Part shown: positions 1 to 8,773 of the stretch, in pieces | How the letters are laid out: each line of letters starts with the position of its first letter | How positions within the stretch are numbered: the first letter of the stretch is position 1 | Virus record (IMG/VR): IMGVR_UViG_3300046008_000291 | Span: 1-64,000 of that record | Strand: one strand, 5' to 3' | From: a virus | DNA length: 64,000 bases | Notes under the pieces: generated by a model | The model's input: the letters and a program-made list of their open reading frames with translations, nothing else | What the model was told of the DNA's origin: nothing | The model's database searches: none | Program-made: the position numbers and the translations under genes

Positions 1-380
1 GGTAGTTCACGAACCTTAAACTCAATCTTTTCTTCTGGTTCGTCTTTAACCTGCTCTGGTGCTACTAGGTCTTTGATACGAATAGCTTCAATTACCAATC
101 GTTTAACATCGCTATCACCTGCGCCCATCCAGGATAATAGTTTGCGAAACTTAAATGTTAAGTGCCTGCCTGGTTGATACGATGCTTTGAAGTTACAGTT
201 AAAACAGTGATACGACACACTACCATCTGCATTAGCTGTTAAGCCACCGCGACCTCTAGTATCTGCCGAGTCACCGTTGTGTATACAGCAAGGTGCATTA
301 AAGCTAATCCAACCGCTAGGAGTTGTTTTACGCTTTGCAGGTAAAATACTTTTAATGAAATCAGAGATGATGTTCAGCAT
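1..380 (-). CDS. DNA primase-like protein, N-terminal Zn-binding domain (partial, runs off window start)
   Basis: Manual translation from ATG at 380: MLNIISDFIKSILPAKRK...FNAPCCIHNGDS...SYHCFNCNFKASY; CxxH...CxxC zinc ribbon typical of gp61/DnaG-type primases; not in ORF track. Confidence 0.7.
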   Translation of the reverse strand, partial: MLNIISDFIKSILPAKRKTTPSGWISFNAPCCIHNGDSADTRGRGGLTANADGSVSYHCFNCNFKASYQPGRHLTFKFRKLLSWMGAGDSDVKRLVIEAIRIKDLVAPEQVKDEPEEKIEFKVREL

Positions 381-387
381 ATACTAT

Positions 388-416
388 ATTATATGCTAGT
401 TGTTACTGCGAGTCAA
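388..416 (-). promoter_or_regulatory. sigma70-type promoter, -10 box 7 nt before primase ATG
   Basis: TTGACT-17 nt-TATAAT on minus strand. Confidence 0.75.
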
Positions 417-425
417 GTATTTTGA

Positions 426-863
426 TTAATAAACGTTTGAGATAACTTGCATTTGTCCAACCGCACCCCAATTGTCATCAGTGTATGCAGGTAGTGTTAA
501 GTTACCCACAGCCGTACCGCTATAGCTTACAGTATAATTATAGTATTCTTGTGTTAGGTTTGCGATGTTTGCTTGGGCCAACGTAACCGTACCAACCGCA
601 GTAGTTACATTTGAAATATTAGCAGTAGTTGACCATACTGTTGCATTGCCATCAGTCAGCGCAAACGTAAAAGATCTACTTACAACATTAGCAGGCTTTT
701 GGTCATTATTTCTAAATTGAATTGTGATAATATTGTCGATATTCTTATAAACTTTCACTGGTCTGCTATACACGATTCTATTCCTTGTTTTAATTGTGGG
801 ATCTGTGTCCAGAACTTGAACCTCTATAATATTTTCATATAAATAACTTGTGATGAGTGGCAC
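426..863 (-). CDS. Probable virion structural protein (beta-rich, Ig/BppU-like)
   Basis: 145 aa beta-strand pattern, GTG start with SD, preceded by a perfect TATAAATA late promoter (885-892). Confidence 0.45.
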   Translation of the reverse strand: MPLITSYLYENIIEVQVLDTDPTIKTRNRIVYSRPVKVYKNIDNIITIQFRNNDQKPANVVSRSFTFALTDGNATVWSTTANISNVTTAVGTVTLAQANIANLTQEYYNYTVSYSGTAVGNLTLPAYTDDNWGAVGQMQVISNVY

Positions 864-1276
864 TGTGTTTTATCCCTTATCACATATTTATACGGATTCT
901 AATGGAAGACAGTCACAAGGTTTTACTTGATCAATATCCCTTCCTATCGTTCATAACGTATGGGGGAAATGATTATATTGGCATTGTTCAAAATGCAGAT
1001 GAATTCATCACCACTATATATGACTTTGCTGCATTGCGTACATTAGAGCAAAAAACAGTGTTTTTAGCTATGGCAGATCAGTGGTGGTGGGAAAGTAACA
1101 GGCTTATACCCATTAACGTGTTTTTAAAGCAGGATTGGACAGAGTTTAGAGTTTGTTTAAAAACATTCAACAGCAAAGATGTTGTAATACAACACGGGCC
1201 GTATGTAAGTCTTAGAGAAATTGCGTCGAAAAGAAGTAAACGCAGAAGTATTACGTTAGTAAGACGTATCCAGTAA
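857..1276 (+). CDS. Hypothetical protein (true start probably ATG at 902)
   Basis: Protein-like ORF filling the gap between two minus-strand genes. Confidence 0.6.
   Translation: MALCFIPYHIFIRILMEDSHKVLLDQYPFLSFITYGGNDYIGIVQNADEFITTIYDFAALRTLEQKTVFLAMADQWWWESNRLIPINVFLKQDWTEFRVCLKTFNSKDVVIQHGPYVSLREIASKRSKRRSITLVRRIQ
885..892 (-). promoter_or_regulatory. T4-type late promoter TATAAATA
   Basis: Exact match to T4 gp55 late promoter consensus. Confidence 0.65.
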
Positions 1277-1837
1277 GTTCATATTAACAACAACTAATTG
1301 CGCATAGCTGATAGCATGCGCTTTCTTAAAGTAATAAGTATCATCCGTAGGTTTATCCCACACAGTCATCGCTACTTCTTTCCAGGTCTTGCCAGCTAGA
1401 TTACGTTTAGCTGGACGAATAATAGCTAGGAACATAGCCAGTCTAGGAATAGTATCTACAGGTTCAGGCATCTGTAATAACAAATCATAGTGCCCATTAA
1501 CATGCATTAGTTTTGCACAAACTTCTGGGTCATATAACTTTGTCCAGTCCGGTTCCTGCATAAGCTCAACTAAATGTTCTTCGTCCTTAACCTGCTTATA
1601 CAAATTGACATTTAAAAAGTCTAGTTTAACATAGCCTCTATCTTCAGCTAGGTCATAATCTAAACTTGCTTGCCCAGTAAATGGATCCATAGGAACATCA
1701 GTAGCATACACACCTGTGTTGTGACGCACTAGTTTACCATCACGTAATATACTAGCAGGAGTAACGTCAAGTAAACTAATTATCTGCTCTCTTGAAGCAA
1801 AATCGATGTCAATATCCGAAGCAAATTTAATTGTCAT
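1256..1837 (-). CDS. Miniaturised DNA polymerase III alpha (DnaE)-like catalytic core
   Basis: Colinear DnaE motifs SDIDIDF, RHNTGVY, GYVKLDFL, LAMFLAIIRP, YYFKKAHAISYA in 193 aa. Confidence 0.8.
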   Translation of the reverse strand: MTIKFASDIDIDFASREQIISLLDVTPASILRDGKLVRHNTGVYATDVPMDPFTGQASLDYDLAEDRGYVKLDFLNVNLYKQVKDEEHLVELMQEPDWTKLYDPEVCAKLMHVNGHYDLLLQMPEPVDTIPRLAMFLAIIRPAKRNLAGKTWKEVAMTVWDKPTDDTYYFKKAHAISYAQLVVVNMNLLDTSY

Positions 1838-2577
1838 AGTCCAGCGGCCGTTAATATTTGTCTAGTCCATTCAGTATCAGCTAGGTAATCTTTAAACTTA
1901 CGTTGCCAATACTCTGGATCAATCATTGAGATTATTTGTGCAATTTGCTCTTCGCCCAATGTATCCAAGAATGCAATGCCCGAATCGCAGTTAAACACAA
2001 TCCAAGGACTAATACGCCCATTTGCAATATGATGACAAACACGGTTTGCGTTAGCCAGTCTAAAATAGTCTGTAAACCCGTTTGGAAATAATTCCGTATT
2101 TTCATCCACATAATTCTGCATCTCCGTTAGTGCTCGTTCAAGTGCATCTTGTACTGCTTCTTTGCGCATGTATTGATGCAAGTATTCTAAGTATATTACT
2201 TCATGTGTCCAGTTGTCAATCTTCTTGTTCTGTTTAATTACATATTCAATAAATGCTTTTGGGTTTACTGCACGTATACCAATAATATGTCTGCCGAACT
2301 TAACAAACGCTGTGTAGTATGGACTTGTAACAAAGTCAGCATAGCTCTTTAGTTTAGCCGAACCTTGCGTTAGCTCAAAGAAACGTAGATATGCTTGTAA
2401 GCCGAACTGCACCCCAACTTCTTTTTCTTGTTGCCAACGACGCTTGGGTTCACACAGATGCGCAGCCAGAGTACTTTCTTTACGAAATTCCTTTGAACAA
2501 TATTTACAGGTATATGTTGGTGTAGCTTCTATGTTAGTTTTACCTTCATTCCAAGCTGATACTATGTCGTTGATCAT
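1834..2577 (-). CDS. C2H2-type zinc-finger-containing hypothetical protein
   Basis: YTCKYCSKEFRKESTLAAHLC near N-terminus. Confidence 0.6.
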   Translation of the reverse strand: MINDIVSAWNEGKTNIEATPTYTCKYCSKEFRKESTLAAHLCEPKRRWQQEKEVGVQFGLQAYLRFFELTQGSAKLKSYADFVTSPYYTAFVKFGRHIIGIRAVNPKAFIEYVIKQNKKIDNWTHEVIYLEYLHQYMRKEAVQDALERALTEMQNYVDENTELFPNGFTDYFRLANANRVCHHIANGRISPWIVFNCDSGIAFLDTLGEEQIAQIISMIDPEYWQRKFKDYLADTEWTRQILTAAGL

Positions 2578-3041
2578 TCCAACTCTTTCTTAATGGTCTT
2601 ATCATCCATGCCTAACTTCTGTCCGAGTAATTTAAGACTTTTAGTATCGTTAATTGCTACAAGTACATCAAGTTCATCTTGACGTAAATTAGGATACAAT
2701 TTAGCAAGAAACTTCGATGCTTTACTATTGCCTTCTTTCTTCTTTGTACCTAACCAGTAATGACTTTGTGCGCCCATGCCTGGACTGACAGTTGTACATG
2801 ATAACCATTGTAGTTTTGGATGTTTGTTTAGGTCAAAGAAGTTTTTGTTTACACGTTCGTTTACTGCCAATAGATAATATGCCTGTAGGTCACTTGACCC
2901 TGTGACGCTAGCACCATAGCGTAGCATTAGATAGGTACTGAACTTCTTACGATCTTCGTCAGTGAAATTATCATAGTAAGCACGATCTTTGCGATCATAT
3001 GCTCTCATTTCATCATTTATTTGTAAACTACTGCTCATCAT
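2574..3041 (-). CDS. Probable clamp-loader small subunit (T4 gp62-like)
   Basis: 155 aa; pattern Y..R...Y...NE..N...LQW...W.KK...YP resembles gp62 of T4-like phages. Confidence 0.5.
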   Translation of the reverse strand: MMSSSLQINDEMRAYDRKDRAYYDNFTDEDRKKFSTYLMLRYGASVTGSSDLQAYYLLAVNERVNKNFFDLNKHPKLQWLSCTTVSPGMGAQSHYWLGTKKKEGNSKASKFLAKLYPNLRQDELDVLVAINDTKSLKLLGQKLGMDDKTIKKELE

Positions 3042-3277
3042 TTACCTTTGCGCAAATAACTAAGAATTCCAGTTATGCTTTGTTGCATGTTATTGTATTT
3101 GTACTTAAGACTTTCTAATTCTTCGGCTTGTCTATGTATTTGTAGTTGCAAATTTAGAATAACATCTTTTTGTTCTCTGATAACTTTATCATGCGACAGC
3201 AGGTTAGGGCGCGGTGGGGCATTCGGATCTACTGCTCGCTTTTTCTTTGCTTTAAATTGGGCTGGGTTATAGGCCAT
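3038..3277 (-). CDS. Hypothetical protein with coiled coil
   Basis: 79 aa ORF in operon with overlapping start/stop. Confidence 0.6.
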   Translation of the reverse strand: MAYNPAQFKAKKKRAVDPNAPPRPNLLSHDKVIREQKDVILNLQLQIHRQAEELESLKYKYNNMQQSITGILSYLRKGK

Positions 3278-3476
3278 CTTTATATTCCTTGCTTAACTTA
3301 TATATCATTATAGCATGATCAAGAGCGGCTTGTAAAGAGGTATTTGTCTTAGCCACGCGGCGCATCTCGCCCCACAGTTTATCTTCTTTTACTTGTTCTA
3401 TTAGAGGTAAGTTTGTTGATATGATGCCTTCATACATCATGTCGTCAGTAATTAATGCAGGATTAATTTTTACCAT
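3267..3476 (-). CDS. Hypothetical protein
   Basis: 69 aa ORF in operon. Confidence 0.55.
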   Translation of the reverse strand: MVKINPALITDDMMYEGIISTNLPLIEQVKEDKLWGEMRRVAKTNTSLQAALDHAIMIYKLSKEYKDGL

Positions 3477-3970
3477 ATCTTACTATAGTCTACAATTTCA
3501 CTTTGTCTAGAAATGTCCTTAACAAAGTAAGCACATAAAGGTGCATCGCCTGATTCAACTGGTACTGCTAACATCTGCCCAGGTTTAAGTTTAGGAAAGT
3601 ACCACTTAACATCTTGATAGATATCAATAATCTCAATCTTAAAGAATTCCGGTTTAAAACTACTCAATGGGTTAAATGCAAATACACTAAAGCCACGGTC
3701 ATTGATACTAGTCAAAGGTATTACTTCTAAATCACCAATGTCAGGTTCACCAATTAGCACCTGCCAGTCCACAGGCATCTTTACTATGTTGCCGCCGATG
3801 TTTAATACCAATGCAGGACTGTTGAATGATTCTAAAAAGATTAACGGAATAAAGAAGTAGTCTGGATTCTTTGGATCACTGTTATCTAATATTGCAAAAC
3901 GTAAGTCCTCGACTTCATCGGGGATTTCGTTCATTTCGTAGGCTTGATTTTCTAAGGTTAAGATGTGCAT
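3470..3970 (-). CDS. Hypothetical beta-rich protein
   Basis: 166 aa ORF directly downstream of uvsW. Confidence 0.7.
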   Translation of the reverse strand: MHILTLENQAYEMNEIPDEVEDLRFAILDNSDPKNPDYFFIPLIFLESFNSPALVLNIGGNIVKMPVDWQVLIGEPDIGDLEVIPLTSINDRGFSVFAFNPLSSFKPEFFKIEIIDIYQDVKWYFPKLKPGQMLAVPVESGDAPLCAYFVKDISRQSEIVDYSKIW

Positions 3971-3973
3971 GTG

Positions 3974-5431
3974 TTACTTCCACTCCGTTTTTTCTACCGC
4001 ATAAGGATAGTTTGCTTCAGTATAAAATTTCTTTCTGACTGTAAGATGCCGCTTGGCAAACTTACAAGTTGATGTTACGTCCCAGATTTGGACGAAGTCC
4101 TTGTCTTCCGCTTTGCGAATGCCACGCCCGATACTCTGGATGACCCTGACAAAAGATTTACCAGGCTCGATAAGCACAAGATTAAAAATACGAGGAATGT
4201 TAAGACCAACAGCCGCAACACCATAAGTGGCAACAGCAACGAAGTTATCGCTGGTTGCAAACTCATCATAGCTTTCTTTACGGTCATCTGCTTTGGTTCC
4301 TCCACTAACAAACACAGCATTATTAATTTTTTCAATTAATGCTTTGCCTGGTGCAATACGATCAACTAACACAAGTGTATTACCTGTCTTACGTATTGTT
4401 TCTACTAGTTTACTTATGTAATCTAAACGTGCTTCAGTCTCTAATAGATAACGCAGTTCGCTTTGATAGTCTTTATATTCCACGTGGTCAATTAACTGTA
4501 AGATGTTCACATGACAGTTAGCAAGTACACCCTGGTCTTGTAATTCACTGGCACTTAACCGTCCAATAACCTCGCCTAATGAACATTTTAGGCTCATAAA
4601 TTCGTACATTTCCTTAGGTATTGTACCAGTTAATCCCCATCGAATTGGAATGTGTGCCATTACACCAGTAAGCAAGGTCTTAAGCGCATCTGCCTTGGCC
4701 ATGTGTACTTCGTCAACCATAACACAAACAACATCTTCTAAAAATTCCATTATAGTAATGTCAGCTTCGTGTGCTTTGGTGTTTTTAAGTAGTATGTTTA
4801 GACTTTGCCAAGTACAGATTGTGTGTTGATGTCCAAACTCCTTACGGTCACCAAAGTACACTCCTACATCTAGGCCTAGGTTAATATAGTCTGCTTCTGT
4901 TTGTGTTACTAGACTTTTGTTTGGTACAATTACTATAGTACGACCATACTGCTCACAGCTATAACTAAGTGCTGCAGTGATTAGGGTCTTACCTGCACCT
5001 GTGGCAATTTCCTGTAGACACTGCGGATTCTCAAGAAACTTGTTAATAATCTCAATTTGATAATCTCTGAGCACGACCGGTTGACCTGCAATTGTATGTT
5101 TAGCTGGCCAAACTTTATGTGCAAACGTAGCTTCTGTTACCTGCGCAAAATCAAACTGTGTACGATAGTCACGTAGATCTTCAAGTTCGATATTATAACC
5201 ACGTTCATCTATGTAGGGCAACATCTCGGCAAGCAAGTTAGTATATGTGCTACCGCCTAATTGAAAGTAAGCCACTTTGCCATCCCATCGACCAAGACGT
5301 ACACTTGGTAGATAACGTGCGCCTGGGATTTCATACTTAAACTTGTTGGCTAGATACTTGCGTTCTGTAAGTTCAAGTCCATCTAACTTACAGTTCACTT
5401 CATCTTTAATTATAATTTTACAGGTTGCCAT
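3974..5431 (-). CDS. uvsW: SF2 DNA helicase UvsW
   Basis: LRDYQ, ATGAGKT, DEVH, GLTGT, QSIGRGIR motifs; 485 aa. Confidence 0.92.
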   Translation of the reverse strand: MATCKIIIKDEVNCKLDGLELTERKYLANKFKYEIPGARYLPSVRLGRWDGKVAYFQLGGSTYTNLLAEMLPYIDERGYNIELEDLRDYRTQFDFAQVTEATFAHKVWPAKHTIAGQPVVLRDYQIEIINKFLENPQCLQEIATGAGKTLITAALSYSCEQYGRTIVIVPNKSLVTQTEADYINLGLDVGVYFGDRKEFGHQHTICTWQSLNILLKNTKAHEADITIMEFLEDVVCVMVDEVHMAKADALKTLLTGVMAHIPIRWGLTGTIPKEMYEFMSLKCSLGEVIGRLSASELQDQGVLANCHVNILQLIDHVEYKDYQSELRYLLETEARLDYISKLVETIRKTGNTLVLVDRIAPGKALIEKINNAVFVSGGTKADDRKESYDEFATSDNFVAVATYGVAAVGLNIPRIFNLVLIEPGKSFVRVIQSIGRGIRKAEDKDFVQIWDVTSTCKFAKRHLTVRKKFYTEANYPYAVEKTEWK

Positions 5432-6555
5432 TAATCGTTTTCTCTTAATTTGGTATTGGTGCAGTAGGCTATCTTTTCTGCTTGGTTAATCCATTCCATA
5501 CGTTTGCCGCCGTACATCATTTCCACAGTGGAGACCAACAATGGTATTGAGTAATTCCATGTTGCTGGTATCTTGTGCGCATATACTACTTTAACACAAT
5601 CTATATTGTAATCGCAAGTCTTTGTTTTACCACGATAGTCAAAACGCACTATTTCATCTTCATTAAATCTACTTAGATCTAAATCAATCGATGTCATTGT
5701 TGGATCGTATATACAAACTGGATAACGATTGGTTAGTTCAGCATACGAGAATAAAAATGATATTGCATCATCTGTCATTGGTAAATGTATATCACGACTG
5801 GAGCCAAATATATCCAGGAGTGCAGGACGAGTTAGCGTATCATCGTAGGTATATCCCAGCACACCAGAATTATCAATTAGTGTGACTCCGTTGTCTATAC
5901 CAAAGCCACCCAACTTAGTATTGATATATTCAACTAAACTATCAGCGGCGTTGGTAATCTCATAACCATCAGCAGTCTGCACTAGTTTAATTTCATACGG
6001 TCTAGCTTCACACTCCATAATTAAATTGAACAAGTTTTGTACTAGTGGATCAATTTCAAATTGATTTATCTCGCCCCAGGTTACTGCCCAATTTACATTA
6101 GATTCGGTGATGGCCAAATACCAAACCTTCTCTTCTTGATTGTACTTCATACTACCTTGACTTATGTTTCGTTCTTCTTGTATGGATTTAATCATTGGTA
6201 GGTCGTAGGGAAAGCGTACACCAATGCGTTCATCATCTAACCAAATTTGTTTTGATCTGTTTACCACACGTACTGGTTTACGAAACTGTGGATTCTCTGC
6301 CGGAGCAACATCAATACCATAGCGAGCAAACTGCTTACGATATTTAAGTACTAATCGCACAGCAAGATCTGCTTGTCTATCTGTTAAAGCGCCGCCCCAG
6401 TAGGTATGTGCGCTCATACTTTCTACAATTGTAATGTCATAACGTGCAAGATTAATAATAGGAGGTTCAGGCGGATTAACGATTACCAACGTACCAGGTG
6501 TATGTCCACCGAGTAGTTCTAAATAATCTTCAATATGTGTATACGCAACTGTCAT
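5431..6555 (-). CDS. Hypothetical protein (possible HARP-like segment), coupled to uvsW
   Basis: 374 aa; VRFPYD...KYNQEEKVWYL resembles HARP-like motif; TAATG overlap with uvsW. Confidence 0.55.
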   Translation of the reverse strand: MTVAYTHIEDYLELLGGHTPGTLVIVNPPEPPIINLARYDITIVESMSAHTYWGGALTDRQADLAVRLVLKYRKQFARYGIDVAPAENPQFRKPVRVVNRSKQIWLDDERIGVRFPYDLPMIKSIQEERNISQGSMKYNQEEKVWYLAITESNVNWAVTWGEINQFEIDPLVQNLFNLIMECEARPYEIKLVQTADGYEITNAADSLVEYINTKLGGFGIDNGVTLIDNSGVLGYTYDDTLTRPALLDIFGSSRDIHLPMTDDAISFLFSYAELTNRYPVCIYDPTMTSIDLDLSRFNEDEIVRFDYRGKTKTCDYNIDCVKVVYAHKIPATWNYSIPLLVSTVEMMYGGKRMEWINQAEKIAYCTNTKLREND

Positions 6556-6561
6556 ACTATT

Positions 6562-6590
6562 AGTATACGAGAATATTTCAGGTAAATCAA
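6562..6590 (-). promoter_or_regulatory. sigma70-type promoter, -10 box 6 nt before ATG
   Basis: TTGATT-17-TATACT-6-ATG. Confidence 0.65.
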
Positions 6591-6593
6591 CCT

Positions 6594-6628
6594 AAAAAAA
6601 AGCCCAATGTAATCAAACATTGAGCTTT
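6594..6628 (-). terminator. Intrinsic terminator downstream of fhs
   Basis: AAAGCTCAATGT/ACATTGGGCTTT stem followed by U run. Confidence 0.75.
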
Positions 6629-6674
6629 GAGGCTACCACACAAGGAGCTAGACTAGCAGTGTAGTAGGGTGAAA

Positions 6675-8294
6675 CTAATCCAGTCCTTCTATACGACCAT
6701 CCTTACCAATTGAGATCTTTTCTGCGTTTGGCTGTGCTGGCAAGCCTGGCATGGTCATAATGTTACCGCAGACTGCTACGATGTATTCTGCACCTGTACA
6801 CAGTTTTAACTCACGTACTGTTAAGACATGTTTAGATGTTGCGGCTAATTTGTTAGCGGGATCATCACTGAAACTACTTTGTGTTTTAGCAATACAAACG
6901 GGATAGTGTCCGTAGTCCTTTTGTAGTTCATATAAGTGTGCTGATACTTTAGCATCCATATTAATTCCCGATGCATTATATATCCGTGTAGCTACTTTGT
7001 TTAGTTTAGATAATAATGTATCTTCATCTCGATATGTCAACTCCATTGCCTGAACACTTTGATCAATTGCCATAATAACTTCGTGTGCCAATTCCTCTGC
7101 TCCATCGCCGCCTTCGGCAAAGTGTGTACACTCTACTGCTTCAATGTCAAATGTGTTACTGATGTAGGCTATTAAGTCTGAAATCTCTTGATCAGTGTCA
7201 TCTTTAAAACGATTAATAGCAACTACGCAAGGCAGGTTATACTGCGTCTTAATGTTAGTAATATGCCTATCTAAGTTGGTATAATTACCTTGATACTTAA
7301 TTGCTCTGATAGTGGCTACCAGCACTACTACATCAGGCCGTAGACCGCTTTTACGGCACTTAATGTTAATAAACTTCTCAGCACCTAGGTCAGCACCAAA
7401 GCCTGCTTCTGTTACCACATAGTCAGCTAACTTCATTGCCAGCTTAGTAGCAATAACACTGTTACATCCATGTGCTATGTTGGCAAATGGACCACCGTGT
7501 ACAAGTGCAGGAGTACCTTCTAAGGTCTGCACTAGGTTAGGTTTAACTGCGTCTTTTAATAGTGCAGCCATAGCACCATGTGCTTTTAAGTCCTTAGCTG
7601 TAACAGGTTTATTATCACGAGTATAACCTATGGTAATCTTTCCCAACCGACGCTTTAGGTCTTTAAAGTCTTCTGCTAGACATAGGATAGCCATTACTTC
7701 ACTTGCTACCACAATGTCAAATCCTTCTTCACGGGTAACACTATTATGCGCACCTAGCCCCACCACAGTACTGCGCAGGCTACGGTCATTCATTTCACTT
7801 ACACGACGCCAAACGATCTTGTTAGTGTCTAAGTTTAATTCATTGCCCCAATGTAAGTGATTGTCTATCATTGAGCTTAGTAAATTATGAGCACAGGCAA
7901 TAGCGTGGAAGTCACCTGTAAAGTGAAGATTAATATCTTCCATTGGTGCTACTTGTGCATAGCCGCCACCTGTGGCTCCACCTTTCATACCAAACACTGG
8001 ACCTAAGGCAGGTTCACGTAAACATACAATTGACTTGTAGTTTAACTTACGTAAGCCATCTGCTAGGCCAATAGTTGTGGTAGTTTTACCTTCACCAGCA
8101 GGTGTTGGTGTTATCGCTGTTACTAAGATTAACCTGCTATCTCGACCAGGACGGTCAGCAAGTGCTTCTATGTTTAGTTTGGCTTTCTTACTGCCGTATA
8201 CTTCCAATTGTTCATTCCATACATCGATGGAATTAGCAACGTCGGTAATAGATAGTAAGTTGGCCGATTGGTTGATTTGAATGTCTGTTTTCAT
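6675..8294 (-). CDS. fhs: Formate--tetrahydrofolate ligase
   Basis: [59 protein letters not shown]; 539 aa. Confidence 0.97.
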   Translation of the reverse strand: MKTDIQINQSANLLSITDVANSIDVWNEQLEVYGSKKAKLNIEALADRPGRDSRLILVTAITPTPAGEGKTTTTIGLADGLRKLNYKSIVCLREPALGPVFGMKGGATGGGYAQVAPMEDINLHFTGDFHAIACAHNLLSSMIDNHLHWGNELNLDTNKIVWRRVSEMNDRSLRSTVVGLGAHNSVTREEGFDIVVASEVMAILCLAEDFKDLKRRLGKITIGYTRDNKPVTAKDLKAHGAMAALLKDAVKPNLVQTLEGTPALVHGGPFANIAHGCNSVIATKLAMKLADYVVTEAGFGADLGAEKFINIKCRKSGLRPDVVVLVATIRAIKYQGNYTNLDRHITNIKTQYNLPCVVAINRFKDDTDQEISDLIAYISNTFDIEAVECTHFAEGGDGAEELAHEVIMAIDQSVQAMELTYRDEDTLLSKLNKVATRIYNASGINMDAKVSAHLYELQKDYGHYPVCIAKTQSSFSDDPANKLAATSKHVLTVRELKLCTGAEYIVAVCGNIMTMPGLPAQPNAEKISIGKDGRIEGLD

Positions 8295-8312
8295 TGATAC
8301 TACTATTTAATG

Positions 8313-8483
8313 CTACCGAGGACGGAGGATATAATTTATTCCTACAATGAAAGCATCCAATACTGCGCCTGGATAGTTTTGTTTACCCATATCCACAAAG
8401 AAACACATAACAAATAAACCAATGAAGAACCATGTTAGTTGTCGATCATTTTCATGCAACCAAAAACGAATTTTATTCCACAT
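8313..8483 (-). CDS. Small membrane protein (56 aa)
   Basis: Manual: MWNKIRFWLHENDRQLTWFFIGLFVMCFFVDMG...; SD AAGGAG. Confidence 0.6.
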   Translation of the reverse strand: MWNKIRFWLHENDRQLTWFFIGLFVMCFFVDMGKQNYPGAVLDAFIVGINYILRPR

Positions 8484-8486
8484 ATA

Positions 8487-8630
8487 CTACTCCTTGTTAG
8501 CTAATTTTTCAGATAATTTTTGTAGTTTGTCCACTGCTTCACTGTAACGAATCCACGATTCGTGCGCACGACCAAAACAATAACCGATGAACACAAACCA
8601 AACCACGCCTAACCAAAATTGCCATTCCAT
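8487..8630 (-). CDS. Small membrane protein (47 aa)
   Basis: Manual: MEWQFWLGVVWFVFIGYCFGRAHESW...; SD AAGGAG. Confidence 0.6.
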   Translation of the reverse strand: MEWQFWLGVVWFVFIGYCFGRAHESWIRYSEAVDKLQKLSEKLANKE

Positions 8631-8641
8631 ATTAAATCTCC

Positions 8642-8773
8642 TTAGTCTTTACCGCTAGCTAAAAGTATTACGGTAAGTAGGAACCACCAAGCACTCCAAC
8701 CCTGCCAACCTACTAGGTAAACGGTACCTCCTAGTAGGATTAAATTATACATCATTGCCAACAACAGCTTCAT
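8642..8773 (-). CDS. Small membrane protein (43 aa)
   Basis: Manual: MKLLLAMMYNLILLGGTVYLVGWQGWSAWWFLLTVILLASGKD; TAATG overlap with upstream gene. Confidence 0.55.
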   Translation of the reverse strand: MKLLLAMMYNLILLGGTVYLVGWQGWSAWWFLLTVILLASGKD

